A stretch of 64,000 bases of DNA from Methanobacteriota archaeon (GTDB taxonomy: Archaea > Thermoplasmatota > Poseidoniia > Poseidoniales > Thalassarchaeaceae): the NCBI GenBank assembly GCA_018650285.1, contig JABIGF010000002.1:57991-121990 (forward strand). Reading direction: 5' to 3'. Shown piece after piece: positions 1 through 10,534 of this stretch. How positions within the stretch are numbered: position 1 is the first letter of the stretch; the number at the start of each line of letters is the position of its first letter. A program made the translations under genes and the position numbers. Under the pieces are notes generated by a model, which was not told the DNA's origin, did not search any database, and worked only from the letters and a program-made list of their open reading frames with translations.

Positions 1-354
1 TGTAACAGTAAAGACACCACTGTTGTTAGTAACAACAATTTCATTGATAATTATCTCAACTCCTCGATGTTCTCCATGTCGCATCAAATCAGCAGATGTT
101 GAATTTGCAGCGGCATCAACAGCCTCTTGCCAATCTCCTCCGTCAGTTATCAAAGAACTACTTCTATTCTCTATCAACGGTTGCCATACTTCTGAATAGA
201 CATCAGTAACTTGCAACACTTCATCACTACCAATATCATAAGGGTCTCCTAGACTAGCAACAGAAACGCCAAACCAAGCCATTGTTAGAAGCGAGAGCAT
301 GAGGATGATTCCGGTTGCCAACAACATTTGTCCAGATTCATCGGTTTGACGCAT
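1..354 (-). CDS. Putative archaeal type IV pilin-like protein (3' end runs off the window)
   Basis: Not in the ORF track. Read manually as MRQTDESGQMLLATGIILMLSLLTMAWFGV..., open to base 1. Class III signal peptide-like GQ followed by a hydrophobic stretch. Its ATG overlaps the TGA of the upstream gene (TGATG). Confidence 0.7.
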   Translation of the reverse strand, partial: MRQTDESGQMLLATGIILMLSLLTMAWFGVSVASLGDPYDIGSDEVLQVTDVYSEVWQPLIENRSSSLITDGGDWQEAVDAAANSTSADLMRHGEHRGVEIIINEIVVTNNSGVFTVT

Positions 355-818
355 CAAGCCCCACCCCCTACATACCAAACTTGGAGAGATACTGTCCAAA
401 CATCCCCTCCATCTGTCACTAATCGGTGAGTGCTAATGGTCCGCCCATCCGGAGTGCTTCCTTGCCCATATCTTGCAATATCGCCCTCGTTTTTTGCCAC
501 CCAACAATTACCTTGTACAGGGTCAGGCAGACCTGCAAGAAGGTCATTACAAGTACTATCTAAATCGCCAACTGCAAGACTCTCTGATAATTGATTTGAG
601 TGGTTTAATGAGTCAACTGCAGACACACCCATTTGCTGAATGAATGCATCTTCCGCAGCAATCTGCAACTGACCATCTGATGAAGATGAAACTGGGTCAG
701 GGACTTCTAGTTGAAGAATGAAAGTTGCCGACATGAAAAATAGCCAGAATAGGGTCAACATCTCAAGAACATGGACTTGTCCAAAATTATTTTTTGTTAG
801 CTGGCGCTGTGAGAACAA
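354..818 (-). CDS. Putative type IV pilin/minor pilin
   Basis: KNNFGQ-VHVLEMLTLFWLFF: class III signal peptide-like cleavage site, then a hydrophobic N-helix; lies in an operon with TadC-like genes. Confidence 0.7.
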   Translation of the reverse strand: MFSQRQLTKNNFGQVHVLEMLTLFWLFFMSATFILQLEVPDPVSSSSDGQLQIAAEDAFIQQMGVSAVDSLNHSNQLSESLAVGDLDSTCNDLLAGLPDPVQGNCWVAKNEGDIARYGQGSTPDGRTISTHRLVTDGGDVWTVSLQVWYVGGGA

Positions 819-822
819 TCAA

Positions 823-2361
823 TCACCCTGGTACGAAAGTGCCCAGAGATGGATTCAATCCCATGTCACCCTGAATACCCAATAGATCGGGCGAGAATGC
901 AACAAAGTTGAAGGCCAATGTTGAGATAATCAGCATAAAACCAGCGTGCTTCATTCCACTTGATAATCTACCTGTAGCCATCAAACCAGCCATGGCACCA
1001 TTACCCAAACCTTGAGCACTAACACCGTAGAAAAAGACAACTAGGAAGAAAAGAGGGTCGATTGCTCTGATAACCATGTTACCAATTTGAGCACTCTCTT
1101 CACCAGAATTTGAGGATGCGATTGCGGGAATGAAAACCTTAGCAAGAACAACAATAACACCTAGGAAAACGAAGTACGATGTCCAAATAACTGCAATATA
1201 CGATGCAATAGCACGTTCTCTTTCACCTTCAAGGAATTTAATTTCTCTACTATCGTTTGCAGCAGTAACAAGAATATCAGAAATTTTACCTCCGGCCTTA
1301 TTCGCTTCACCAATCAAACTGATAGCACGTCTAACTAGTGGTGTACCAACACGTTCAGCAAATAATACAATCACATCTCCAAAGGCTACGCCCCAAGAAA
1401 GTTGTTGAGCCATTCTTTTGACTTCGTCATTGAGGGCTCCATATTCGGAGTTTGCCAAGGTTCTCACCGCTAAAGTCATCGATAGCCCTCCTTTCCAATA
1501 TTCTGCTAAATCACGCAAGAAATCGGGGAATTTCTCTTCCATTGCATTAATTGCTTTCATCTTTTTATCCCAATAAAGCGCACCAGGCAAAGCGATAAGG
1601 ATGAAACCATATCCAAAGAAATTAATGAAAATTAATGGGCGTAAATTCAAAGGGCCAATTTCAAGAGCAGGGCCAATGAATTGATTTTTATTATTCATCC
1701 AATCAGGGATTCCGTCAAGTGTGTCAACTTCAACAGTAAGGGTGAATTCATTTATTCTCGGCAGACCTCTGTCAAACTTCAGCCATACTTCCCAACCTTC
1801 AGCTGGAGCAGCATTACCAATTTCAAGATAGCAACCGTCTTGATTAGTGACTGCGGAAACTGAGTGTTGAGTTCCTAATCCACCGCCCGGAGAGGGTTCC
1901 CAAATAGTCACAGTGAAAGGAAAATCTTCATCCGCTGACGCATCACAAGACATTCTCAGTTCTTGAGGCGGATGAGACAGCGTACCTAATCTTAATTCAT
2001 CGATTCCAGTGACATCAAATTCCATCCCCAATCCTGGAGCCTTTACATTGTCCCACTCAATCAACAAAGTTTGTGTTGCTGCCCTCTCACGAGTAAAGAA
2101 ACATGTTTCATTTTCAGAATAATCAGGAATTGCTAGGTTGGCATCAAATCCACATGCTGTGTTAATGAATACTGGGTTGCCATTGGCTGGAGCAGGAGCA
2201 AGAACACCAAACACTAGTGCAGCATTTGTTGCCCAAAAACCTAGACAAAGAATACCGAGGAATGCACCGGTAATAGTAATCACAAGAAAGTTTCTTCGAG
2301 TATTATCGTTCTTCGGAAGATTGAGGTCCACGCGAATTTTTTTCTTGCCTTTTCGTGCCAT
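823..2361 (-). CDS. Type II secretion system F family (TadC/FlaJ-like) platform protein with an extra N-terminal extracellular domain
   Basis: EEKFPDFLRDLAEYWKGGLS...YGALNDEV, GGKISDILV and C-terminal TM helices. Confidence 0.88.
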   Translation of the reverse strand: MARKGKKKIRVDLNLPKNDNTRRNFLVITITGAFLGILCLGFWATNAALVFGVLAPAPANGNPVFINTACGFDANLAIPDYSENETCFFTRERAATQTLLIEWDNVKAPGLGMEFDVTGIDELRLGTLSHPPQELRMSCDASADEDFPFTVTIWEPSPGGGLGTQHSVSAVTNQDGCYLEIGNAAPAEGWEVWLKFDRGLPRINEFTLTVEVDTLDGIPDWMNNKNQFIGPALEIGPLNLRPLIFINFFGYGFILIALPGALYWDKKMKAINAMEEKFPDFLRDLAEYWKGGLSMTLAVRTLANSEYGALNDEVKRMAQQLSWGVAFGDVIVLFAERVGTPLVRRAISLIGEANKAGGKISDILVTAANDSREIKFLEGERERAIASYIAVIWTSYFVFLGVIVVLAKVFIPAIASSNSGEESAQIGNMVIRAIDPLFFLVVFFYGVSAQGLGNGAMAGLMATGRLSSGMKHAGFMLIISTLAFNFVAFSPDLLGIQGDMGLNPSLGTFVPG

Positions 2362-2376
2362 TTTTCACCCCCCCAA

Positions 2377-3474
2377 TCACATTTCCATCTCTTTACTCAT
2401 CATCCAGACAAGGATGCTGTAAGCAATATGAATTACCGGTAAAACACCAAGCACAACAAGATAAACCATTCCTTCAGAAAGTTCTGAACCGGCACCTGAA
2501 ACCCAGAACATAATGACAAGCATGACGATTAGGAAAAGTGGCATCGCAACAGCAACCACAACATATGATTCCGCCATCATTGCTAATGTTTCCAAGAACA
2601 CACCTAGTCGTATTCGGTTCTCACGCATGTAGTGCTCCGCTCTGTTAAGGAAGTAAATTTTCAAATTACCACCAGACGATAGAGTTCCAACCATACCTTG
2701 GAAAAATTCTGAAACCCATGGAGAAGCTGCTCGCCCGACTGAAAGTTTGATGGCAGTAACTAAATCCATTCCAAGCAGAGTAATATCTCGATAGATCATT
2801 GCTGAATCATAAGCAATGTCGCCATAAATATCTTCATTTAATGCTAGAGATTTGAAAATATTTGCAGGTGTTGCATTTGCAGCAGACATTGCTGCAGTGT
2901 AAGATGCTGCATATGGAAGATACTTCTCCAACGCTTCTGAACGCTCTTTCTTCTTACGTGTTGCAGCACCCAAAAAGTGCTTGTATGCATAATATGGGCC
3001 GAAAAAACCGCATATTGCCATCACACCATATCGAGCAAATCCTGGGACCACTTTGGTCTCATATGCTGGGCAACCACCATAGGCAACCCGAACACCATCT
3101 GGACCTTCACCGCCCCAGTTTAAATTTGGGTTGACATCATTCGGATGCCAAAACGCCCAATCAATACAAGGATAAACTGTTTCAGGGTTTTGCATATTTT
3201 CATATAACGCAAAACCACCAATTTCAGGTAGCATCAGTAATACCAGTGCACCGATGAAAATGACGAAAGATGCTGCTGTTGACATTATTGCTGTAGCCTT
3301 GTATACTTCAGGCATAATTCGGATGTCGGCTTGAAGCAAAGTTTTCTGCAACTCAACATCTTCTCTAACTTTCTTTCGAATCATCCTTCCTAAGAATAGA
3401 TTTGAGAAACGTTGCCAGCCAGTAAGAATCATACCATCAAAGCGGGTTTTGGGCTCCTCCGGCTCTTTTGCCAC
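2377..3474 (-). CDS. Type II secretion system F family (TadB/TadC-like) platform protein
   Basis: LPYAASYTAAMS, SGGNL...FLETLAMMAESYV and TM helices. Confidence 0.85.
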   Translation of the reverse strand: MAKEPEEPKTRFDGMILTGWQRFSNLFLGRMIRKKVREDVELQKTLLQADIRIMPEVYKATAIMSTAASFVIFIGALVLLMLPEIGGFALYENMQNPETVYPCIDWAFWHPNDVNPNLNWGGEGPDGVRVAYGGCPAYETKVVPGFARYGVMAICGFFGPYYAYKHFLGAATRKKKERSEALEKYLPYAASYTAAMSAANATPANIFKSLALNEDIYGDIAYDSAMIYRDITLLGMDLVTAIKLSVGRAASPWVSEFFQGMVGTLSSGGNLKIYFLNRAEHYMRENRIRLGVFLETLAMMAESYVVVAVAMPLFLIVMLVIMFWVSGAGSELSEGMVYLVVLGVLPVIHIAYSILVWMMSKEMEM

Positions 3475-3488
3475 TCGTCACACCATCC

Positions 3489-5021
3489 CTACTGGAGACC
3501 ATCAACTCTTGCAAGTACTGCTTGAGGACGGACATAATATTCCGTGATAATTTGGGCCACTTGGTCAGATTTGCGAATATCGTTCAATACCATCCAATCC
3601 AAAATTCGCTTTCTGGTTCGTAATTCATCTCGCATTTTTTCTTGTGAATAATTAATTTTAACCATGATTTTCTCAAGGACGTAGGATTTCCCTGAGAAGT
3701 CGAAGTCGTCTCTTGAGGGGTCCCACTTGAACACTTCATTGGTAATTACTTCCAAACTGTGGGGGTCAACACCTACAATCTCAACAATCTGTTTTGAACG
3801 CCTAACACGACGACCATTGATACGAGTCTGAATTTGAATAACACAAGCTTCCAATGCTGGAAGAAGAACACGAGGGATATCAATCGGCTTATTCTCTAAT
3901 CTGTGAACCAATGATGGAACAGAGTCTGCGTGAACAGTTGAATATGAACAGTGTCCTGTTGCCATTGCTTGGAACAAAACATATGCTTCAGCACCACGAA
4001 TCTCACCTACAATAATGTATTCCGGTCGCTCTCTTAGAGCCGCCTTCAATAGTTCGAATTCTCCAATCACACCATCATCAGATTCACCACCAAAACCTTG
4101 ACGAGTTAATCCAGGAATCCAATTTGGTTGAGGGATGTTTACTTCACGAGTTGATTCAATACTAACGATTTTCATCTGCCACGGAATAAACAGTGCCATT
4201 GCATTGAGAGTGGTAGTTTTGCCCGATGCCGTACCACCGACGAACAGCATAGAGATGCCTTGCTGGAAACAAATCCACAAGTATGCAACCATTAATGATG
4301 TCATAGTTCTGAAAGCAACAATATCACAAGGTGAAAACGGATCTTCACGGAATCTACGAATACAGAACGTTGAACCTTTAGTTGAAATCTCATAACCTAA
4401 CTTCATGACAATTCTTGAACCATCCATCAAGGTTGCGTCAAGCAAAGGTTCCGCAACAGAAATATGTTTACCACAGCGTTGTGCCAATTTGATAACATAT
4501 GATTCAAGTTCTTCGTCAGTAGGCCAAAGAATTGATGTTTCTACCGACTCAAACTTACGATGGTATGCGAAAATTGGGATTCCTGTACCATCTAAAGAAA
4601 CGTCCTCAACATTTGCATCGTTCATCAGAACATCCATGCGACCATAACCAATCAAATCACGCTTAAGGTAGTAAAAAATCTTCGAGCGAGATTTCTTAGT
4701 GATTTTCAACCCATAGGATTTGATGATCTGGTCCATTGCTGCTCTCAAATATCCATCGGGGTCGGTATCAATTTCTTCAATATCTGCTGTCAATGACTTG
4801 ACAAAAATGTCCATTATTTCCTCGAATTGAGCCTGCTCTTTTTTGTTCATGGGCGGTTCTATCGCTTGATACATGATGTTCAATGTTCTCAAGTCACGAA
4901 CTACTCGAGCAAAAGCATGTGGAGGCACAACTGGATATTTGTCCAACTCTTCATATTGCACTTGTTGGCGCTTTTTCCGTTGCCTTTCAGGTCGTCCACG
5001 TCCTTTTCGTGCCATGTCCAA
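3489..5021 (-). CDS. Type II/IV secretion (FlaI/TadA/VirB11-like) pilus assembly ATPase
   Basis: Walker A GGTASGKTT, ALRERPEYIIVGEIRG, AMATGH and STVHADS motifs. Confidence 0.93.
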   Translation of the reverse strand: MDMARKGRGRPERQRKKRQQVQYEELDKYPVVPPHAFARVVRDLRTLNIMYQAIEPPMNKKEQAQFEEIMDIFVKSLTADIEEIDTDPDGYLRAAMDQIIKSYGLKITKKSRSKIFYYLKRDLIGYGRMDVLMNDANVEDVSLDGTGIPIFAYHRKFESVETSILWPTDEELESYVIKLAQRCGKHISVAEPLLDATLMDGSRIVMKLGYEISTKGSTFCIRRFREDPFSPCDIVAFRTMTSLMVAYLWICFQQGISMLFVGGTASGKTTTLNAMALFIPWQMKIVSIESTREVNIPQPNWIPGLTRQGFGGESDDGVIGEFELLKAALRERPEYIIVGEIRGAEAYVLFQAMATGHCSYSTVHADSVPSLVHRLENKPIDIPRVLLPALEACVIQIQTRINGRRVRRSKQIVEIVGVDPHSLEVITNEVFKWDPSRDDFDFSGKSYVLEKIMVKINYSQEKMRDELRTRKRILDWMVLNDIRKSDQVAQIITEYYVRPQAVLARVDGLQ

Positions 5022-5107
5022 ACCTCCGGCTCCGCTTATGCGACCGTTCTCGTTTGACTATAACCTTTGGTTATAGGAAAGGGCTCAATCGCATAGTATG
5101 AGAATAT

Positions 5108-5662
5108 TCACGAATTAACGTTCGATTCTAACCAAGCATCAAAGCGCTCATGGGCGTCCTCAATACTGCCTTCATTGATAATTGAATCATCGGCAATTTC
5201 AATCAGTGTTTCCATACCCCATTCTAACTCGCGCTGCTCTCTGATTTCAAAATCATCACCATCACCATCTTCACCACGGCCTCGTCCAATTATTCGCTGA
5301 CAACGAATTTCACGATTGGCTAGAATTGCCAACAAAGAAATATTCTCTATTCGTTCAGAAAAGTAAGTGTATTCCGAAAGTGAACGGATGCCATCAATAA
5401 TGACTAGAGGTTCTATTTCTAATTCTTCAAGAATTGAAGAAAGAATGCGTTCTGCAATAACTTCTTCACCAAATAACTGACGTAAATTTAGGGCGATGCG
5501 CCCGACATTTTCTGGTGTTTCTCGTAAGCCTCTCAGGGATACTTCTTGACGTACAATATCGCCCATAGATTTGATTGGGATTGCTCGTTCACTGGCTTTC
5601 TCACAAAAGATTCCCTTTCCACTTCCAGGCAAACCGCAAAGTGCAACAACAACCCCCATCAT
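5108..5662 (-). CDS. P-loop nucleotide kinase, UPF0200/dephospho-CoA kinase-like
   Basis: GLPGSGKG, SMGDIVR, IDGIRS, REQRELEWG. Confidence 0.8.
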   Translation of the reverse strand: MMGVVVALCGLPGSGKGIFCEKASERAIPIKSMGDIVRQEVSLRGLRETPENVGRIALNLRQLFGEEVIAERILSSILEELEIEPLVIIDGIRSLSEYTYFSERIENISLLAILANREIRCQRIIGRGRGEDGDGDDFEIREQRELEWGMETLIEIADDSIINEGSIEDAHERFDAWLESNVNS

Positions 5663-5698
5663 TCACTCGAGATAGCCATAGGCCATCAAACTGGTGCA

Positions 5699-7315
5699 TC
5701 AATTCTCAAATGGGCGGCGGCCCCATCTTCTATCAAGCATCATCAAAAATGCGAGTCCTAGAATTATTAATCCCGCGCTAACTGCTAAAATGCCACGCAA
5801 TCCTTGTCCTGCTGAATCATCTTCAACAAGAACTGCAGTTGTTGCATTCAATCCTTGTTCTGAAACCATTTGGCCCCAATTTTCGTAAATCGTCATGTCA
5901 CCTTGAGTAAATGAAATGAGGAATAATGAAAGAAGTGGAATGATTGTACCAACATAAAACCAACTCATTATTGAAATATCAAAAATTGCTTTGTTGGGCC
6001 TAGGACCCATCAATAGCGCAGTCAAACTGACAATGTAAATTGAATTTGCAATCATCACAATTAGTGCAGCAGGTAGCGCCCATACTTGGTCAAGAACCTT
6101 AGCCATCACAAACAAAAATATGATTGATATCCAAGTGGTAATTAAGAAATAAACAACGATTTTCGCTCGCAACAATTGAGGTAAGGAAACGGGAAACCCA
6201 TTCAAGAAATCAGGAGAGTCCATACCATTCAACCAGGAATAGAATTGAAAACCAAAGAAACCTAAAAATGGGGCATATGACAACAAATTGAATGGTATTG
6301 GAAAAGAAGCAAAATCAACTAACCAAGCAAGTAATAGCAAGAATAGTAGAGGTACTGTGTAAGATATCAACATCTTTACTAGTGTATTTGAACGCCATAG
6401 ATCAACCAAATCTTTGGCCACTAATAGCCGCAACATACCATTCCCTAAAAATGGTAATTTGTCATAAACTGGTGTAAGCAATTCACTCTTTGCTGATACT
6501 TGAATCTCAAAATCATCAGGCACAAGAAATGCCCCCCCATAAGCGAGCAGAAATGAGATAGGAATGGTGACGACTGGAATCCAGTGATAATGTGTAAACT
6601 GATACATCATCCCTGGAATTATCATTTTGATATCAACGAAATCCAATGCGGCACCTAAACCAATTGAAATGCCAATTGCGGGAATAATATAGGACCATTT
6701 TCCTCCACGGCTGAATAATGCTGAAGCGATAAATGAGAGGGCCAATCCTTGAGTTAGTGTAGTAGTAAGTGCAACGAGTACTACTGGTAGTGAACCCCAC
6801 ATAAGGGGAGTGGATAAGCCAAAAAATTGCTCAAGCAACAAGCCTCCTGCCATCCCAAGTACTGCTGGAGTAAGTAGCATCAAAACATAGTATGAAACCT
6901 CTTTTGAGTAATATGCGAAGTAATTTGTCACCAAATCAAGAGGCTGAACAGCAGGTATTGCGAGTAAGTAATTCTTCCCACCTGCTCGTTGTGACACCAT
7001 CACTCTGCCAATGAAAGCAAACGAACCCATTGAAAGTGAGAAAGCGAAAATGCCCCCGTGCATATACAATTTCAATTGGTCCCAAGAAAATGCTTGTTGT
7101 TCTGTTTCAGTAGAAATTAATACTTCACCAGTAAGGTATCTCAAACCGACTGTTACAATCATTGACAAGAAGGCTAGCATTACAGGAAAGAGAGCAATAT
7201 GTCGCTTCTTTGCAAAGTCAACGTTTTGTCGCCATTCTTCTTTAAACATCATACGAAATGTGACCCAAAAAGAATCAACAAGTAGAGGTGGAGAGTAAGT
7301 CGTGAGCACGCTCAC
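5699..7315 (-). CDS. ABC transporter permease-like multi-pass membrane protein
   Basis: More than 10 hydrophobic segments; translationally coupled to the ABC ATPase. Confidence 0.7.
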   Translation of the reverse strand: MSVLTTYSPPLLVDSFWVTFRMMFKEEWRQNVDFAKKRHIALFPVMLAFLSMIVTVGLRYLTGEVLISTETEQQAFSWDQLKLYMHGGIFAFSLSMGSFAFIGRVMVSQRAGGKNYLLAIPAVQPLDLVTNYFAYYSKEVSYYVLMLLTPAVLGMAGGLLLEQFFGLSTPLMWGSLPVVLVALTTTLTQGLALSFIASALFSRGGKWSYIIPAIGISIGLGAALDFVDIKMIIPGMMYQFTHYHWIPVVTIPISFLLAYGGAFLVPDDFEIQVSAKSELLTPVYDKLPFLGNGMLRLLVAKDLVDLWRSNTLVKMLISYTVPLLFLLLLAWLVDFASFPIPFNLLSYAPFLGFFGFQFYSWLNGMDSPDFLNGFPVSLPQLLRAKIVVYFLITTWISIIFLFVMAKVLDQVWALPAALIVMIANSIYIVSLTALLMGPRPNKAIFDISIMSWFYVGTIIPLLSLFLISFTQGDMTIYENWGQMVSEQGLNATTAVLVEDDSAGQGLRGILAVSAGLIILGLAFLMMLDRRWGRRPFEN

Positions 7316-8082
7316 TCCTCCTCAGTCCCATCTAAAGCCTCAATTTCTTCAAAAGATGTGCCAACTAGTCTGATAAATACATCCTCAAGTGTTTCATCTG
7401 GATTGTTCTTTAATTCGTCAACAGTTCCCGCTGCTAATACATGGCCACGGTCAATTACAGCTACCCGAGTACACAATCTTTCAGCAACTTCTAAGATATG
7501 AGTGCAGAGAAATATTGTGCCACCTTTCCCTACCATCTCCATCAACAATTCACGGCATTTGCGTTGATAGATTGGGTCAAGATTGACAAAAGGCTCATCC
7601 AAAAACATCAGTTTCGGGTCATGAATAAAAGCACCTGCAAGCATCACTTTTTGGCGCTGCCCCTTTGAGAGATCTTTGCATAGTGTATTTCTCTTATCGG
7701 GTATTCCAAACCAGTTCAACCAGTGGGTCACCTTACCCTCAATATCCTCTAAATTACGAAGACGTGCCACAAATTCAAGGTACTCTGCTGCGGTTAGAAA
7801 TGAAGGTGGACTTTCTGATTCAGGAACAATTCCTACGTTTGCCTTGACCGTACGTGGGTCTGCTCTAACATTGATTCCAAGTACCCTTGCCCCACCCATT
7901 GTAGGCCTCAATTGACCTGTTAAGAGTTTGATGAATGTTGATTTGCCAGCCCCATTAGGTCCAAACACACCGAAAAACTCGCCTGATGCTACTTTGACAT
8001 TTAGTGGATGAAGAGCAACGAAGTCGCCAAATGCCTTGCCGAGGTCTTTTGCTTCAACTAACATCTCGTCATTGTCAGACAT
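7312..8082 (-). CDS. ABC transporter ATP-binding protein (exporter type)
   Basis: GPNGAGKST, LSKGQ signature, FLDEP and H-loop. Start moved to MSDNDE to avoid overlap with the upstream gene. Confidence 0.93.
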   Translation of the reverse strand: MSDNDEMLVEAKDLGKAFGDFVALHPLNVKVASGEFFGVFGPNGAGKSTFIKLLTGQLRPTMGGARVLGINVRADPRTVKANVGIVPESESPPSFLTAAEYLEFVARLRNLEDIEGKVTHWLNWFGIPDKRNTLCKDLSKGQRQKVMLAGAFIHDPKLMFLDEPFVNLDPIYQRKCRELLMEMVGKGGTIFLCTHILEVAERLCTRVAVIDRGHVLAAGTVDELKNNPDETLEDVFIRLVGTSFEEIEALDGTEEE

Positions 8083-8099
8083 GCGCAAACACCTCTTCT

Positions 8100-8933
8100 T
8101 CAGCAACCCTTCCACTCGGGTTTTTCTCGATTGATGAAAGCATTGACACCAATTTCTTTGTCATCGGTATCAAAAAGTGCGCAGAATTCATCTCGCTCAA
8201 TTTTCACACCATCCTCCAAACCATGGTCTAATGCTGCCCTTACGGCTCGCTTTGCAACCTTAATCGTGTGTGGCGATTTATTTGCCAATACCATTGCTAA
8301 TTCCATTGTCGTATCATACAATTCTTCTGGTTCACAAAGCCGATTTACTAATCCAATTCTATATGCTTCAACAGCAGGAACCATTTCGCCTGTCATCACC
8401 ATTTCCATTGCTTTACCGTAACCCAAAAGACGGGTTAAACGCTGTGTCCCACCTCCACCTGGGATTAATCCAAGATTGATTTCAGGGGTTCCAAAGTTAG
8501 AACGGTTCGTTGCGATTCTCATATCACAAGAAAGTGCTATTTCACTACCGCCACCAAGAGCAAAACCATCAATTGAAGCGACTGTTGGCATTGATAAATT
8601 CCAAATCGCTTCCCATGCATTATTCTCAAATATTGGGCGTATTTCTGATGAATCCTTGCCTACGAACTCTGTAATGTCAGCTCCAGCAACAAATGCTGCC
8701 GGCTTTTGTCGCTTGCCTTCTAGTGCAGGTCCAGCAGCCGCGCCACGGATAACTACAACTCGAACATCATTGTCTGATTCTGCTGCACTACATGCATTAT
8801 TCAAAGCAGCAACAACTTCACTATTCAGGGCATTCAACTTGTCTGCTCTATTAATTGTCCAAATTTCAACAACACCGCCTGCGGGTGAAGAATCTTCAAC
8901 TTCGATTCTCTCAATCAGTAAAGAGGCTGACAT
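8100..8933 (-). CDS. Enoyl-CoA hydratase/isomerase (crotonase family)
   Basis: AFVAGADI, GFALGGGSE, PEINLGLIPGGGGTQRL. Confidence 0.93.
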   Translation of the reverse strand: MSASLLIERIEVEDSSPAGGVVEIWTINRADKLNALNSEVVAALNNACSAAESDNDVRVVVIRGAAAGPALEGKRQKPAAFVAGADITEFVGKDSSEIRPIFENNAWEAIWNLSMPTVASIDGFALGGGSEIALSCDMRIATNRSNFGTPEINLGLIPGGGGTQRLTRLLGYGKAMEMVMTGEMVPAVEAYRIGLVNRLCEPEELYDTTMELAMVLANKSPHTIKVAKRAVRAALDHGLEDGVKIERDEFCALFDTDDKEIGVNAFINREKPEWKGC

Positions 8934-8934
8934 T

Positions 8935-9843
8935 TTATCCACCTATCTCATCACGCATTGCATCTAATTTGGACTGGCCCATAGTAGGTGGTGGTGGTAA
9001 TGGTAAGCCATCTGGTGGCGGTGGCAAAGGTAACTCATCAATAGTAACTTCAACCTCTTCTTCAAACTCTGTAGCAGCAACAAATCCTGTATCAAGAGGT
9101 ATTCTCAATTTGAGTATTCTAGCGTCATCAATTCTAACATATGTTGCACCATATGGATGGCCCGCCACAACATTTTCAGGTTCATCAAGAACCGTCAAAC
9201 CGTGACCTGGCTTCGCCAATAAACTGAGTAAATCTTCTCCATCATCCTGCTTTGACCACATACGAGCTGCTGATGCACGAATTTCTGCAAGTTGACCACG
9301 TCGGCGCTCCTCAATACGACGTTTGATGTCTGCCCTTTGGCCACGGCGCTCCTCAACAAATTCTTCAATATCAGCCTCTTCTACCTGTTCAGCACTGATA
9401 TCAACGACATATTCCTCGGCAACATGAATTTCTTCTTCTATGGCATCTTCTTCTAACTGGATTACTCCATCTTCATCTTCTAGATTTGATGTTTCTTCAA
9501 TAGAATCAGATGATGCTGCAACCTTGCGGTCACGTCGGCTTCCACCATCTTCGTCTTCAACAACTGCTTCAGGCAACTGAAATTCATCTTCATCACTAGA
9601 TTGTTCTGATGCAGAAACACGACGACGGACTGGTTTCTTCTTTGGTTTGCTTTTGCTCATCAATAAGAAGGCTGCAAGCAACAATAGTGAGCCGGTAAAG
9701 ATGTACCCATACATCTCATTACCCCACTCTCCAGAGAGAAATAATTGGAATAGAATACCGAACAACAATGCGAGATAAAGTAATACTCGGCCAAACGACA
9801 TCGTGCCCCCTCCACACGCGAGCAGATGCGACCCCTCTTTCAC
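8935..9843 (-). CDS. Hypothetical membrane protein with acidic, coiled-coil and poly-proline cytoplasmic region
   Basis: Two N-terminal TM helices, a basic patch, an E/D-rich region and PLPPPPDGLPLPPPP. Start may be 9801. Confidence 0.7.
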   Translation of the reverse strand: MKEGSHLLACGGGTMSFGRVLLYLALLFGILFQLFLSGEWGNEMYGYIFTGSLLLLAAFLLMSKSKPKKKPVRRRVSASEQSSDEDEFQLPEAVVEDEDGGSRRDRKVAASSDSIEETSNLEDEDGVIQLEEDAIEEEIHVAEEYVVDISAEQVEEADIEEFVEERRGQRADIKRRIEERRRGQLAEIRASAARMWSKQDDGEDLLSLLAKPGHGLTVLDEPENVVAGHPYGATYVRIDDARILKLRIPLDTGFVAATEFEEEVEVTIDELPLPPPPDGLPLPPPPTMGQSKLDAMRDEIGG

Positions 9844-9852
9844 TATGACGGC

Positions 9853-10449
9853 TCAGCGCCCAAGTGCATCCAACTCTATTTTCACGCTTTCTAGCGCTTT
9901 TGCACGGTGGCTAAATTGTTCTTTTTCAGCCCGATTCATCTGGCCAAATGTTGTACCTTTTGAGCCACCTTCTGGACAAAATATTGGATCATATCCAAAA
10001 CCATTTTCGCCTTGTTCATCTAATGATATCAAACCCCGACAAATCCCCTCACCAAAGTGGATTTCACCGTTGACAAAAATTGCTGCACAAGCACGAAATT
10101 CTGCGCCGCGGTTGTCTTTTTGCGCCAATAATTGCAGAATTCCAGAAAGCCCAATTTGTTGTAATACAGATGCAGAATAAACGCCGGGAAAACCATTCAA
10201 TGTATCAATAAAAAGTCCAGCATCTTCAACAAGAATTGCTGCATTAATTCCTTCGGTTTCAAGTAGGTTACGTGCTTGTTGAATTTTGGCCGTTGCAACT
10301 GCTCTCAATCCATCCGCTTGAGGCTCAATTATTTCTGGAACTTTTCCATCTATCAAAAATTGTTCAACTTGATAGCCTAGCGGAGCAAAAAAATGGCTCG
10401 CTTCCGCTAACTTTCCCGCGTTCCCTGTCAAAAACAGAAGTCGCTCCAT
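9853..10449 (-). CDS. rdgB: Non-canonical purine NTP pyrophosphatase (RdgB/HAM1)
   Basis: TGNAGK, EDAGL, GFPGVYS, GFGYDPIF, SHR. Confidence 0.95.
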   Translation of the reverse strand: MERLLFLTGNAGKLAEASHFFAPLGYQVEQFLIDGKVPEIIEPQADGLRAVATAKIQQARNLLETEGINAAILVEDAGLFIDTLNGFPGVYSASVLQQIGLSGILQLLAQKDNRGAEFRACAAIFVNGEIHFGEGICRGLISLDEQGENGFGYDPIFCPEGGSKGTTFGQMNRAEKEQFSHRAKALESVKIELDALGR

Positions 10450-10534
10450 GGTTGTCGCAGATGAGCCCCCCGATTGAGCCTATCGCCCCATTTTTATTCG
10501 TCAAAACCAAAGGGTAGGAGGGTGTGGCCAATTC

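Noticed and set aside
10450..10534. Fluoride riboswitch upstream of crcB
   Set aside because: The gap is only ~85 bp, is shared with the divergent rdgB promoter, and shows no recognisable GGCGAUGG...UAAUGA consensus or pseudoknot.
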